32,000 nucleotides of DNA. Source: Aliivibrio fischeri ES114 (lineage in GTDB: Bacteria > Pseudomonadota > Gammaproteobacteria > Enterobacterales > Vibrionaceae). The stretch lies in the NCBI RefSeq assembly GCF_000011805.1, contig NC_006840.2, one strand, 5' to 3'. The position numbers and the translations under genes are program-made. Under the pieces are notes generated by a model, which worked only from the letters and a program-made list of their open reading frames with translations, ran no database searches and had not been told where the DNA came from. This document shows positions 22,492-32,000 of this stretch, piece by piece (the stretch's first letter is position 1; each line of letters begins with the position of its first letter).

Positions 22492-23681
22492 TAGATTTCT
22501 CCCTTTTCTTTTAAAATGTCATGTACTGTGAAGATGTCTTTATCGCCTCGGCCAGATAAGTTTACTACCAATAGTTGTTCTTTCTCCGGTTCTGCTTGTG
22601 CAAGTTGTAATGCATATGCTAAAGCATGAGAAGATTCTAATGCTGGAATAATACCTTCATTTCTTGCAAGAATTTTGAATGCATCTAATGCTTCGTCATC
22701 TGTTACTGCACCGTATTCAGCACGACCAATAGCATTTAGGTGGGCGTGTTGTGGACCAACGGATGGGAAGTCTAAACCTGCAGAAACTGAGTATGATTCT
22801 TCAATCTGTCCGTGTTCATCTTGCATTAATGGGGCTTTCATTCCAAAGAAAATGCCTGTTTTACCATGCTTAAGTGGTGCGCCGTGTTGGTCGGTATCAA
22901 TACCTTTACCTGCAGGCTCAACACCAATTAGTTTTACGCTTTCTTCTTCAATGAAATCTGCAAACATACCGATAGCATTTGAACCGCCACCCACGCAAGC
23001 AATAACCGCATCAGGTAAACGACCTTCACGCGCTAAGATTTGCATTTTCGTTTCTTCACCAATCATACGTTGGAACTCACGAACGATGGTTGGGAATGGA
23101 TGAGGGCCTGCCGCTGTTCCTAATAAATAGTGTGCAGTTTCATAGGTTGCAGACCAGTCACGTAGTGCTTCATTACATGCATCTTTTAGCGTCGCAGAGC
23201 CTGAATGAACAGGAATGACTTCTGCACCCATTAGTTTCATACGGAATACATTTGGGCTTTGACGTTCTACGTCTTTAGCTCCCATATAAACTCGGCATTT
23301 TAACCCAAGTAGTGCACAAGCTAGTGCTGTGGCAACACCGTGTTGGCCTGCACCTGTTTCAGCAATGATCTCATCTTTGCCCATACGCTTTGCAAGTAGT
23401 GCTTGGCCAAGTACTTGGTTGGTTTTATGTGCACCACCATGAAGAAGATCTTCCCGTTTAAGGTATAGCTTTGTTTTTGTGCCTTTGGTTAAATTGCGGC
23501 ATAACGTCAATGCAGTTGGACGACCCGCATATTCTTGTAAAAGCGTCATGAACTCAGAACGAAAGTCTGGATCTTCTTGTGCATCAATAAAGGCTTGTTC
23601 TAGTTGCTCTAAAGCTGGAACTAAAATCTGTGGAACGTATTGACCACCGTATTCGCCGAAGTAGGCATCTAATTTTGCCAT
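22491..23681 (-). CDS. trpB: Tryptophan synthase beta subunit
   Basis: 396 aa; [65 protein letters not shown]. Confidence 0.97.
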   Translation of the reverse strand: MAKLDAYFGEYGGQYVPQILVPALEQLEQAFIDAQEDPDFRSEFMTLLQEYAGRPTALTLCRNLTKGTKTKLYLKREDLLHGGAHKTNQVLGQALLAKRMGKDEIIAETGAGQHGVATALACALLGLKCRVYMGAKDVERQSPNVFRMKLMGAEVIPVHSGSATLKDACNEALRDWSATYETAHYLLGTAAGPHPFPTIVREFQRMIGEETKMQILAREGRLPDAVIACVGGGSNAIGMFADFIEEESVKLIGVEPAGKGIDTDQHGAPLKHGKTGIFFGMKAPLMQDEHGQIEESYSVSAGLDFPSVGPQHAHLNAIGRAEYGAVTDDEALDAFKILARNEGIIPALESSHALAYALQLAQAEPEKEQLLVVNLSGRGDKDIFTVHDILKEKGEI

Positions 23682-23691
23682 GATATTTTCC

Positions 23692-25104
23692 TTAATAGTC
23701 TCGTAATGCGCTAAATACGGCGCTTAATTTTTTATGATCTTTTTTACCCGGAGTACTTTCTACTCCTGAGTTGAAATCTAATCCGTAGCAGCCGAGTTGC
23801 GCTGCTTGTTTGGTATTATTTAATTCAAGTCCACCGGCAAGCATGATGCTGTGGTGAGGCAGTTTATTCCAATCAAAACTTACGCCAGTGCCTCCCACCT
23901 GCGAACCTACTTTACAATCAACTAACACCTTATCAGCTTGAGTTTGTGGAAGTGAAATGCTTTGAGCATCATCTGACACAGAAATGACATTCCAAATTTG
24001 AGTGTGAGTCGGTAATAAAGAGGCTAACTCAGTAATATACTCTTCGGTTTCATTTCCATGCAGTTGAATCACAGATAGAGAAAGGTCAGTGGCGTACTGA
24101 GCAACACGCTGAACATCCTCATTTTGGAAAACGCCCACATAATGTAATGCAGTTGCTTGGGTTATTTTCTTTGCGGTTTCAAAAGAAACAAAACGTGGTG
24201 ATTTTTCTACGAAAATAAGTCCGCCGTAGACAGCTCCAGAGTCATAAACGGCTTTCGCATCTTGCTCTGAAGTTAATCCACAGACTTTGTTTTCACCTAA
24301 AATAACTTTTCTTGCTGCAAGCTCTAGGTTTTTTTCTGCCATTAGTGAGCTACCAATCAGAAAGCCTGAAGCGTGCTGAGCCAGATCTTTTACTTGTTGA
24401 TGAGTATAAATACCTGACTCAGAAATAATGGTTGTACCTTTAGGCAGTAGAGGAGCTAGTTCTTTTGTTCTATTTAAATCTGTTGATAAGTCACGTAGGT
24501 TACGGTTGTTAATTCCAATGACTTTTGCGTTTAATGCCACTGCACGATGCAATTCTTCTTCATTGCTGACTTCCGTTAAAATACCCATGTTTAATGAATG
24601 TGCTATGTCTGCAAGTTCTTTGTACTGCGCATCATCTAAAACAGAAAGCATTAATAAAATGGCATCAGCAGAGTAATGACGAGCAAGATACACTTGATAA
24701 GCATCTATCATGAAATCTTTACATAAAATAGGCTGTGACACTTGATTTCGAATAATAGGTAAGAAATCAAAGTTACCTTGGAAATACTTTTCATCAGTTA
24801 GTACAGAAATGGCACTCGCGTGATTATTGTAGACAGAAGCAATGTAATTGAGATCGAAATCATCTCGAATTAATCCTTTTGATGGTGAGGCTTTTTTACA
24901 TTCAAGGATAAATTCGGTTTTGCCTGTTTTTAATGCGTCGTAAAAGCTACGGTCAGATAGACTTAATGACGATTGAAAATCATCGAGAGGTTGTTGTTTC
25001 TTACGCTCTTCGACCCAAATGGCTTTGTCTTTTACTATTTTTACAAGCACTTCAGCCATTTTTGTATTTTCTACTGAGATGTGTTCAGACAATTGCTGTG
25101 TCAT
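23692..25104 (-). CDS. trpC: Bifunctional indole-3-glycerol-phosphate synthase / phosphoribosylanthranilate isomerase
   Basis: 470 aa; [35 protein letters not shown], then [31 protein letters not shown] ... [29 protein letters not shown]; TrpC-TrpF fusion. Confidence 0.95.
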   Translation of the reverse strand: MTQQLSEHISVENTKMAEVLVKIVKDKAIWVEERKKQQPLDDFQSSLSLSDRSFYDALKTGKTEFILECKKASPSKGLIRDDFDLNYIASVYNNHASAISVLTDEKYFQGNFDFLPIIRNQVSQPILCKDFMIDAYQVYLARHYSADAILLMLSVLDDAQYKELADIAHSLNMGILTEVSNEEELHRAVALNAKVIGINNRNLRDLSTDLNRTKELAPLLPKGTTIISESGIYTHQQVKDLAQHASGFLIGSSLMAEKNLELAARKVILGENKVCGLTSEQDAKAVYDSGAVYGGLIFVEKSPRFVSFETAKKITQATALHYVGVFQNEDVQRVAQYATDLSLSVIQLHGNETEEYITELASLLPTHTQIWNVISVSDDAQSISLPQTQADKVLVDCKVGSQVGGTGVSFDWNKLPHHSIMLAGGLELNNTKQAAQLGCYGLDFNSGVESTPGKKDHKKLSAVFSALRDY

Positions 25105-25108
25105 TCAT

Positions 25109-26116
25109 TTATCCTCTTGCAGCCAGTTGTTGTACCAATTCGAAGGCTTTACCTGAATTCATGGCATCGATGGCTTTTTGTGCATTAGCTTTTAGATCTT
25201 CATGGCCAAACAAGCGCATTAATAGGGCAACGTTAACAGCGATAGCACCTAATTGAGCGTCTGTCCCTTTACCCGTTAAAATATCCGTAATAATGGCTTT
25301 ATTCTCTTCTGGCTCTCCGCCTTTAATCGAATCAAGTGGATGAGTATTCAGTCCAAAATCTTCTGGCGTTAATGTGTATTCTTTAATTTTACCATCAATA
25401 ATTTCTGCCACCGTTGTTGGACCATGAATGGCAACTTCATCTAAACCAGAGCCAAAAACAACCGCAGCACGTTTCATTCCCATGTTTACCATGGTTTCCG
25501 CAATAGGACGAACCAGTGATTCATCGTAAACGCCCATAAGCTCAATATTGGGGCGTGCAGGGTTAATTAGAGGCCCAAGGATATTAAAGATGGTGCGTGT
25601 TTTCATGGTTTGACGAATTGGCATCGCATGGCGAACACCACCGTGGTATTGCGGTGCAAACAAAAAGGCAACACCCAAATCATCAACCGCTTTTCTTGTG
25701 TCTTCTGCAGACATGGCTAAATCAATGCCAAAGGAATCAAGCAGATCAGAAGATCCTGATTTACTTGAAACGCCACGGTTACCATGTTTCGCAATTTTTA
25801 ACCCACATGCTGCGGCAACAAATGCGGCCGTGGTGGAAATATTGATGGTATTTGAACCGTCACCACCGGTGCCAACAATGTCCGCAAAATCATAGTCAGG
25901 TTGAGGGAATGGATTTGCGTTCTCTAATAATGCTTTAGCAGCCCCTGTAATCTCATCCGGTGTTTCACCTTTCAATTTTAAACAGGTGAGTGCTGATGTC
26001 AGTAGTATAGGATCTAATTCGCCTTTAATAATGGCATCAAAAAGAACTTGGCTTTCTGATTCTGAAAGAGAAACTTGATCGTATAGCTTGTTAAAAATGG
26101 TTTCTATTTGAGTCAT
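25109..26116 (-). CDS. trpD: Anthranilate phosphoribosyltransferase
   Basis: 335 aa; DIVGTGGDGSNTINISTTAAFVAAACGLKIAKHGNRGVSSKSGSSDLL. Confidence 0.96.
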   Translation of the reverse strand: MTQIETIFNKLYDQVSLSESESQVLFDAIIKGELDPILLTSALTCLKLKGETPDEITGAAKALLENANPFPQPDYDFADIVGTGGDGSNTINISTTAAFVAAACGLKIAKHGNRGVSSKSGSSDLLDSFGIDLAMSAEDTRKAVDDLGVAFLFAPQYHGGVRHAMPIRQTMKTRTIFNILGPLINPARPNIELMGVYDESLVRPIAETMVNMGMKRAAVVFGSGLDEVAIHGPTTVAEIIDGKIKEYTLTPEDFGLNTHPLDSIKGGEPEENKAIITDILTGKGTDAQLGAIAVNVALLMRLFGHEDLKANAQKAIDAMNSGKAFELVQQLAARG

Positions 26117-26126
26117 GAGAATATCC

Positions 26127-26729
26127 TTATTCTTTATTGTCTTTTGCTGTTAGATCTAATGCCCAATTCAAGGTATTAATGAGCAGTTGTGCCCCTTGAG
26201 TCGTCAAAATGGATTCTGGGTGAAATTGGAAGCCACACACCTTGTCTTCTTCTTGAATTACGGCCATTACAAGGTCATCTACTGTGGCTGTAATGGTTAG
26301 TTCATTCGTTACTTTTGTTGCCACTAATGAGTGGTAACGAGCAATAGAGAGTGGATTTGGTAAGTCATTAAAAATAGGGTGTTGGTTATGGTTCATCATT
26401 GCTGATTTACCATGAACAATTTCACCTGCTCCGGCAACCGTACCGTTATAGGCCTCAACAATCGCTTGGTGCCCAAGACAAATACCTATCATTGGGATTT
26501 TGCCTTTTAGGCGCTGAATAACTTCAGGCATACAACCTGCTTCTGATGGTGCTCCAGGGCCAGGAGATAAAACGATAACTGGATTGTCTAGCTTATTTAC
26601 GGCTTCTTCAAAAGCGGCTGCGGTTAAGCTATTACGGTAAATCGTCACTGGGTAACCAAGAGAGCGAAATTGATCAACTAAGTTGTAGGTAAAGGAATCA
26701 AAGTTATCGAGTAATACAATGTGAGCCAT
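26127..26729 (-). CDS. trpG: Anthranilate synthase component II (glutamine amidotransferase)
   Basis: 200 aa; LLDNFDSFTYNLVDQFR, LSPGPGAPSEAGCMP, GICLGHQAIVEAYNG, GFQFHPESILT. Confidence 0.95.
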   Translation of the reverse strand: MAHIVLLDNFDSFTYNLVDQFRSLGYPVTIYRNSLTAAAFEEAVNKLDNPVIVLSPGPGAPSEAGCMPEVIQRLKGKIPMIGICLGHQAIVEAYNGTVAGAGEIVHGKSAMMNHNQHPIFNDLPNPLSIARYHSLVATKVTNELTITATVDDLVMAVIQEEDKVCGFQFHPESILTTQGAQLLINTLNWALDLTAKDNKE

Positions 26730-28316
26730 TATTTTGTCTCCTTAACTTGTTGCGCGGTTGCCGATAAGTGTGCTTTTTGAATGGCTGAGATAACCGCTTG
26801 TGCTTTGCCTCGTGTTTCATCAGCTTCTGCCTGAGGATCTGAGTCATATACTACGCCGGCACCAGCTTGAACTTGAGCAACACTATCTTCGACATAAGCT
26901 GAACGGATCACAATACAGGTATCCATGCTGCCATCTCCCGTTAAATAACCCACAGCGCCACCATAAGCACCACGGCGAGTTTTTTCTACATCACGGATAA
27001 GTTGCATTGCTCGAATTTTAGGAGCACCAGTGAGGGTTCCCATGTTCATGCATGCTTGATAAGCGTGAAGAGCATCGAGTTCGGTTCTGAGTTGCCCAAC
27101 CACTCGTGACACTAAATGCATAACATGACTATAGCGATCCACTTTAAGCAAATCAGCAACGTGACGAGTGCCAGCTTGCGAAATTCGAGCTACATCGTTT
27201 CGTGCTAAATCAACCAGCATCATGTGTTCTGCATTTTCTTTTGTGTCACAGCGTAATTCCAATTCGATACGACTATCTAAATCGTGGTTGATGGAACCAT
27301 CTGCATTTTTACCACGTTTACGAGTACCTGCTATTGGATAAATTTCAACTTGATTGCTGACTTTGCAATATTTAAGAGCTGATTCAGGAGAGGCTCCAAA
27401 CAGTGTGAAATCACGATCTTGCAGATAGAACATATAAGGACTTGGGTTACCGATCTTCAGTTCGCGGTAAGCGGAAAGTGGAGCAGGGCAAGGCAGAGTA
27501 AAACGACGAGAAGGAACAACTTGGAACACATCTCCTTTGATGACAAATTCTTTTAAATTTAAAACCGTTTGGCAAATCATCATCAGAGACACTTGGAACT
27601 GCATCACATTCAGTTAAGACTGGCGCTAATGGAACATCATGAGATTCAGAGCAGAATGTTTTTATGGAAGACAAACGTTTTGATACTTGTTGCTTTATTT
27701 CTTCATTTTGGGAAAAAAGCGTACCTTGTAACGTGGACTTTTGAGTTTGATGGTCAATAACCAGCAGTGTCTCTGCAATATAAAAAAGGTAATCCGGGCA
27801 CTTATTTGTTGAATCAGCATTACCTAGATTTTCAAAATTGGCTACTAAGTCATAAGCAAATAAACCGCCAAGGAATAATGCATTTGAAGGTAAGCCTGAT
27901 AAGTCGAATTGATGTTGAATAAAGCGTAATGCATCAAATGATGACAGTTCTCGAAGACGGCTGTCTTCATCTAGATCTTGATTAGCATCAGGGAAATGAA
28001 GTGTTAACAGATTATTTGAAACTGATTGAATCAATGTCGATGGTAAGCATTGAGCAAGTTGAGCTAATAATAGTTCACCATTTGTTGTCATTGCTTCTAA
28101 AGTTACGTCTTTGCCAAAGCAATGAATTCTAACAGCAGCGTCAATTAGCATTAGACTTTTTAGGTCTTCTTTTGAATCTACTTCTGCAGATTCAAGTAAT
28201 AAACTCATTGCGCCGTCAGCACACAATGTGGAATACAGCTCCGTTGGATCTGAAACGTATGGGACATCAAGGCAAAGTAGTTCAAGTTTACTATCTTGTG
28301 AATGTGATGAACGCAT
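26729..28316 (-). pseudogene. trpE: Anthranilate synthase component I, split into two frames by an apparent frameshift near 27571-27584 (real mutation or sequence error)
   Basis: N-terminal half (ORF 27447..28397; likely start ATG 28316 behind AGGGAGG) ends in TrpE-like ...VPSVSDDDL then nonsense; C-terminal half (ORF 26729..27607) resumes TrpE as [35 protein letters not shown]... to ...[28 protein letters not shown]. Confidence 0.88.
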
Positions 28317-28507
28317 TATAGCCTCCCTGCTAATTCGTTGATCTTGTGTTAAATTATATTGTATTGGCATAGTCGCATATTTCACAGTTGTTGCCACTCT
28401 TTTGTTAAAACTTATGAGGGCTAAAAGGCGGTTTGTATATTATTTCATCGTTATTTCTCAATTGTGCTTTTGTACTATCTATCACATCATCAATGTGTAT
28501 TTCGGAC

Positions 28508-28533
28508 ATAAAAAAACCCGCTTAGTTGCGGGT
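28508..28533 (-). terminator. trp attenuator terminator
   Basis: Minus strand ACCCGC-aactaa-GCGGGT followed by TTTTTTT, between trpL and trpE. Confidence 0.88.
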
Positions 28534-28569
28534 AGTGGATTTATGTCAAAAATAAATTAGCACAAAACA

Positions 28570-28647
28570 CTACCCAAAGTAGTGCCACCATCGTGAGCTT
28601 ACCACTGATGTTTTTAAGATTGCTTGTTGTCTGTTAAGCTGTGACAT
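28570..28647 (-). CDS. trpL: trp operon leader peptide (25 aa, tandem Trp codons)
   Basis: Minus strand ATG TCA CAG CTT AAC AGA CAA CAA GCA ATC TTA AAA ACA TCA GTG GTA AGC TCA CGA TGG TGG CAC TAC TTT GGG TAG = MSQLNRQQAILKTSVVSSRWWHYFG. Confidence 0.93.
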   Translation of the reverse strand: MSQLNRQQAILKTSVVSSRWWHYFG

Positions 28648-28700
28648 AAAGTACCTATTGTTGACCAATTTCAATTTGGTGAGAAAGTGTTTAACTGTGT

Positions 28701-28732
28701 ACTAGTAAACTAGTGCGCAAGAAGAAAGTCAA
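28701..28732 (-). promoter_or_regulatory. trp promoter with overlapping TrpR operator
   Basis: Minus strand TTGACT (28732-28727), 17-nt spacer, TTTACT (28709-28704); ACTAGTTTACTAGT (28701-28714) closely matches the E. coli trp operator core ACTAGTTAACTAGT. Confidence 0.88.
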
Positions 28733-28740
28733 GAATAATT

Positions 28741-29580
28741 ATGAAAATAGACCTACATAGTCACACAACTGCGTCAGATGGACGCTTATCACCCACAGAA
28801 TTAGTTGAAAGAGCGGTTAGTTTTGATGTGAAGGTGCTTGCTATTACTGATCATGACTCTGTTGCGGGTCTTGATGAAGCTCATGCGGCAATTAAAGATC
28901 AAAATTTACCTTTGCAATTGATAAATGGAATTGAAATATCGACGTTATGGAGCAATAAAGACATTCATGTTGTTGGTTTAAACTTAGATATTCACCACCC
29001 TGATCTCATTGAGCTAATTAAAAATCAAGAAGCTCGAAGAGATGCTCGTGCAATTAAAATGGCAGAACGCTTAGAGAAAGCGGGGTACGAAGGGGCATTA
29101 GAAGGAGCAAAAGCATTAGCTGGAGACGGTACATTAACTCGTGCTCATTTTGGTAAGTGGTTAGTTGATGAAGGTCACGCTAAAACAATGCAGGCGGTAT
29201 TTAAAAAATTCTTAACTCGCAATAACATAGGTTATGTGCCGCCAGATTGGTGTACGATTGAAGAAGCCGTTAATGTGATTCATAAGGCCGGTGGAGTTGC
29301 AGTACTTGCTCATCCTGGTCGCTATAAGTTAACAGCAAAATGGATAAAACGTTTATTAGCTGCGTTTGTTGAGGCAAAAGGCGATGCGATGGAAGTTGCA
29401 TTACCGCAGCAAGGGGTGCAAGAGCGTCGAGTTCTTGCTGATTATGCAATTCAATTTGAATTAGAAGCTTCCCAAGGCTCTGATTTTCATTACTCATCGC
29501 CTTGGACGGAGTTAGGGCGAAATTTATGGTTGCCAGAAGGAGTCGTTCCTGTTTGGCAAAAATGGGATATACCAAGCTGA
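28741..29580 (+). CDS. rnm: PHP-domain 5'-3' exoribonuclease (RNase AM / YciV family)
   Basis: 279 aa; [58 protein letters not shown]; divergent from the trp operon as in E. coli. Confidence 0.9.
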   Translation: MKIDLHSHTTASDGRLSPTELVERAVSFDVKVLAITDHDSVAGLDEAHAAIKDQNLPLQLINGIEISTLWSNKDIHVVGLNLDIHHPDLIELIKNQEARRDARAIKMAERLEKAGYEGALEGAKALAGDGTLTRAHFGKWLVDEGHAKTMQAVFKKFLTRNNIGYVPPDWCTIEEAVNVIHKAGGVAVLAHPGRYKLTAKWIKRLLAAFVEAKGDAMEVALPQQGVQERRVLADYAIQFELEASQGSDFHYSSPWTELGRNLWLPEGVVPVWQKWDIPS

Positions 29581-29653
29581 AATAGAAAATGGATTTAGTA
29601 TACAACTAAAATAAAAACCAAATATCACTATGACCTGCTAAGCAGGAGGGATT

Positions 29654-30274
29654 ATGAGCCAATTTTTTTACGTACATCCAGAAAACCCACAAGCACGTCT
29701 AATCAATCAAGCCGTGGCGATTATTCGTGATGGCGGTGTGGTAATTTATCCAACAGATTCAGGTTATGCGTTGGGTTGTCAACTTGAGAATAAACAAGCA
29801 TTAGAGCGAATCTGCCAGATCCGTCGCTTAGATGACAAACATAATTTTACGTTACTGTGTCGTGATTTATCTGAGCTATCTATTTATGCTCGTGTTGATA
29901 ACAGTATTTTCCGATTACTTAAAAATAACACGCCAGGCGCATACACTTTTATTTTTAAAGGAACAAAGGAAGTGCCTCGTCGTTTAATGAACCCAAAACG
30001 TAAGACCATTGGTATGCGTGTACCGGATAATAAAATTGCTCTGGATCTGTTAGAGGCGTTAGGTGAGCCACTGATGTCTACAACATTGATTTTACCGGGT
30101 AATGAAATGGCAGAATCCGATCCTGAAGCAATTCGAGATCAATTAGAACATGCCGTTGATTTAATTATGAATGGTGGTTATTTAGGTGAACAACCAACCA
30201 CAGTAATCGACTTTAGTGATGATGATATTAAAATTGCTCGAGTTGGTGCTGGTGATCCAACACCGTTTGAATAA
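29654..30274 (+). CDS. yciO: YciO family protein (Sua5/YrdC-like fold)
   Basis: 206 aa; GGVVIYPTDSGYALGCQLENKQALERICQIRRLDDKHNFTLLCRDLSELSIYA, FIFKGTKEVPRRLMNPKRKTIGMRVPDN. Confidence 0.9.
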   Translation: MSQFFYVHPENPQARLINQAVAIIRDGGVVIYPTDSGYALGCQLENKQALERICQIRRLDDKHNFTLLCRDLSELSIYARVDNSIFRLLKNNTPGAYTFIFKGTKEVPRRLMNPKRKTIGMRVPDNKIALDLLEALGEPLMSTTLILPGNEMAESDPEAIRDQLEHAVDLIMNGGYLGEQPTTVIDFSDDDIKIARVGAGDPTPFE

Positions 30275-30291
30275 TTAATAAATTATCGAAG

Positions 30292-30321
30292 TAGCCAGAC
30301 AGTTGTTCTGGCTATTTTTTT
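30292..30321 (+). terminator. Rho-independent terminator after yciO
   Basis: TAGCCAGA-cagttgt-TCTGGCTA followed by a T-tract. Confidence 0.82.
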
Positions 30322-30328
30322 ATCGGTG

Positions 30329-32000
30329 TTATAACCACTTATCTACGACCTGCAGTAATTGTGTTTTAGATACTGGTTTAGTTAAATACCCATCCATTAC
30401 TTGCGTGATTGCACTGATTTCTTCGTGGCTAGATTCACCCGTTAGCGCAATAATAGGTAAATGAGGGTAGAGAATCTTGATTTTTTTAGCCGCATCTATT
30501 CCATTCATTATCGGCATGCGAGAGTCCATAAAAATAAGATCGATCTTATTATTGGTTGCCATCTCTACGGCTTCTTCACCATTTTCTGCTTGTAGAAGCG
30601 TTAAGTTATCTTTATTTATAAAAGTATGAATTAACATACGCTGTACTTTTTTATCATCTACAATTAATACTGTTTTAAGTGAATTGTCTTTATCTTTAAT
30701 TAGTGGTGGGGAGCTTGGTTTGGTATTTAATGCGTTAATATTACCTTCTATACGAGGAAAGCTAAGGACAAATTCGGTGAATTCACCTTTGGTTGAATAA
30801 CAAACTATGTTTCCCTCAAAGGCATGCATAACACGTAAGCAATAAGATAGTCCTAACCCACTGCCGCCTTTCTTATTATGAGTAAAGAAATCATCAAAGA
30901 TATTAGGAAGAATGTGAGAATCAATTCCTGGGCCGGTATCTCTAAATATTAATTTATTGGTCGCAAATCCTCGAACTAATCGAATAGATATAGAACTTTT
31001 ATATTCATCAAAGTAATGTGTTGCATTCCTTAATAAATTAAAAAGTATGAATCCATATAGAGTATCATTGATATTTACGATGAAATCGTCTTCAAGATTC
31101 AGGGTTATTTTTTGTTTCATTTCTTCAGAGTCGAATACATATTCATCAATAATTTGTTGAGTTAACAGTGAAATTGAATAATGTTGGAATAGAGCATCAC
31201 TTATTGTTGTATTCTTTGCTTCACTAAGAATGATATCAATTAATTGCGCTCCTTTTTGAATCGCTAAACATCCTTGGTTTAATTCATTTTTTATCAGATC
31301 TTCTTGCTTTTCATGTTCAGTATTTTTTTGATAGTGATGTTTGATTTTTTCAAAATGATATTGAAGTTGTGATAATGGATTTCGCATCTCATGAGCAATA
31401 GAGTTAGCAAGAGCTTGTGATTGACGGACTTTTTGCTCACTTTCAATATAACCTTGAACCTTGGTTAACACCCATTGAATTGCTGAGATCTCTTCATTTG
31501 AAAAGGTTGCATTATCGTGTTTATTTGCTGAGATTAAGAAATGCGATATCAGCTTATTTTCACCAAAAATAGGTAAGATTAATGCGGTTTTGCTTTGATC
31601 CATTTTTTCTTGTACTTGATGAAGTGCTGAATTACCAGTTTCAAGAGCGTAATGGATTTGATAATCGAGCTCATCTTTAACTAGGGCGGAATGGCTTTCA
31701 TTTAAGTGCGGGATGAAAATATTGTAATTCGTGTTTTTTCCAATTAATAATAATTCTTCTTTTGGAGTATTTAGTATTGAGGCTAATTTTATGATGGCAT
31801 TACTGCTTGAGTATTTAAACTCCTCAGCTATCTTATATATTTTCTCAACGGGTGTTTGTTGATCTTTATATATAATAATAGATGCTATCTTTTTTGATTT
31901 TTTAAGTGTTTTATCCCAAAACAGTCCGGTTATTATAATTGATAAAGCATAAACATAGAATAAGTTAGGGTTACTTGATGAACTATAAATAATTACAATA
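30329..32000 (-). CDS. Hybrid sensor histidine kinase/response regulator (partial, N-terminus beyond right edge)
   Basis: The supplied ORF begins at an internal Met (31603), but the frame is open to the edge: ...IVIIYSSSSNPNLFYVYALSIIITGLFWDKTLKKSKIASIIIYKDQQTPVEKIYKIAEEFKYSSSNAIIKLASILNTPKEELLLIGKNTN.... Contains H-box SIAHEMRNPLSQL, ATPase motifs NLLRNA and DTGPGI, KKGGSGLGLSYC, and a C-terminal receiver (VLIVDDKKVQRML...LIFMDSRMPIMNG...LTKPVS). Confidence 0.9.
   Translation of the reverse strand, partial: IVIIYSSSSNPNLFYVYALSIIITGLFWDKTLKKSKKIASIIIYKDQQTPVEKIYKIAEEFKYSSSNAIIKLASILNTPKEELLLIGKNTNYNIFIPHLNESHSALVKDELDYQIHYALETGNSALHQVQEKMDQSKTALILPIFGENKLISHFLISANKHDNATFSNEEISAIQWVLTKVQGYIESEQKVRQSQALANSIAHEMRNPLSQLQYHFEKIKHHYQKNTEHEKQEDLIKNELNQGCLAIQKGAQLIDIILSEAKNTTISDALFQHYSISLLTQQIIDEYVFDSEEMKQKITLNLEDDFIVNINDTLYGFILFNLLRNATHYFDEYKSSISIRLVRGFATNKLIFRDTGPGIDSHILPNIFDDFFTHNKKGGSGLGLSYCLRVMHAFEGNIVCYSTKGEFTEFVLSFPRIEGNINALNTKPSSPPLIKDKDNSLKTVLIVDDKKVQRMLIHTFINKDNLTLLQAENGEEAVEMATNNKIDLIFMDSRMPIMNGIDAAKKIKILYPHLPIIALTGESSHEEISAITQVMDGYLTKPVSKTQLLQVVDKWL

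Noticed and set aside
22675-23103. 142-aa plus-strand ORF opposite trpB
   Set aside because: Antisense to highly conserved trpB with low-complexity S/P/A-rich composition; no family recognised.
27447-27607. Programmed frameshifting as the explanation for the two overlapping trpE ORFs
   Set aside because: No recognisable recoding signal was seen at the junction, and trpE is not a known recoding target; mutation or sequence error is simpler. Kept only as a remote alternative.

Overview
This looks like an ordinary chromosomal region from a Vibrionaceae-like (Aliivibrio/Photobacterium/Vibrio type) gammaproteobacterium; the taxon is inferred from gene order and porin style, not from a search. Left to right: (1) the 5' part of a T6SS tssA/impA-like gene running off the left edge (not in the supplied ORF track), ybaM-like, priC, a TSUP permease, dinG; (2) two tandem paralogous porins with matching promoter spacing, leader palindrome and terminator; (3) a complete his operon with a hisL leader peptide (MRIQGLNIHHHHHPD) and attenuator, then hisG-D-C-B-H-A-F-IE, with non-coding repeat-like inserts at the hisC/hisB and hisH/hisA junctions; (4) an RluA-family pseudouridine synthase, a SAM-dependent methyltransferase, an AspS-like lipoprotein, yciI, yciA, yciB/ispZ, a DAACS symporter; (5) a trp operon on the minus strand, trpE-G-D-C(F)-B-A, with a TrpR-like operator, a trpL leader peptide with tandem Trp codons (MSQLNRQQAILKTSVVSSRWWHYFG) and an attenuator, but with trpE split by an apparent frameshift; (6) divergent rnm (yciV) and yciO; (7) a hybrid histidine kinase whose frame stays open to the right edge. 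I found no convincing previously undescribed system. The best leads are the trpE frameshift, the two his-operon inserts, the shared porin leader architecture, and the truncated T6SS and kinase genes at the edges.
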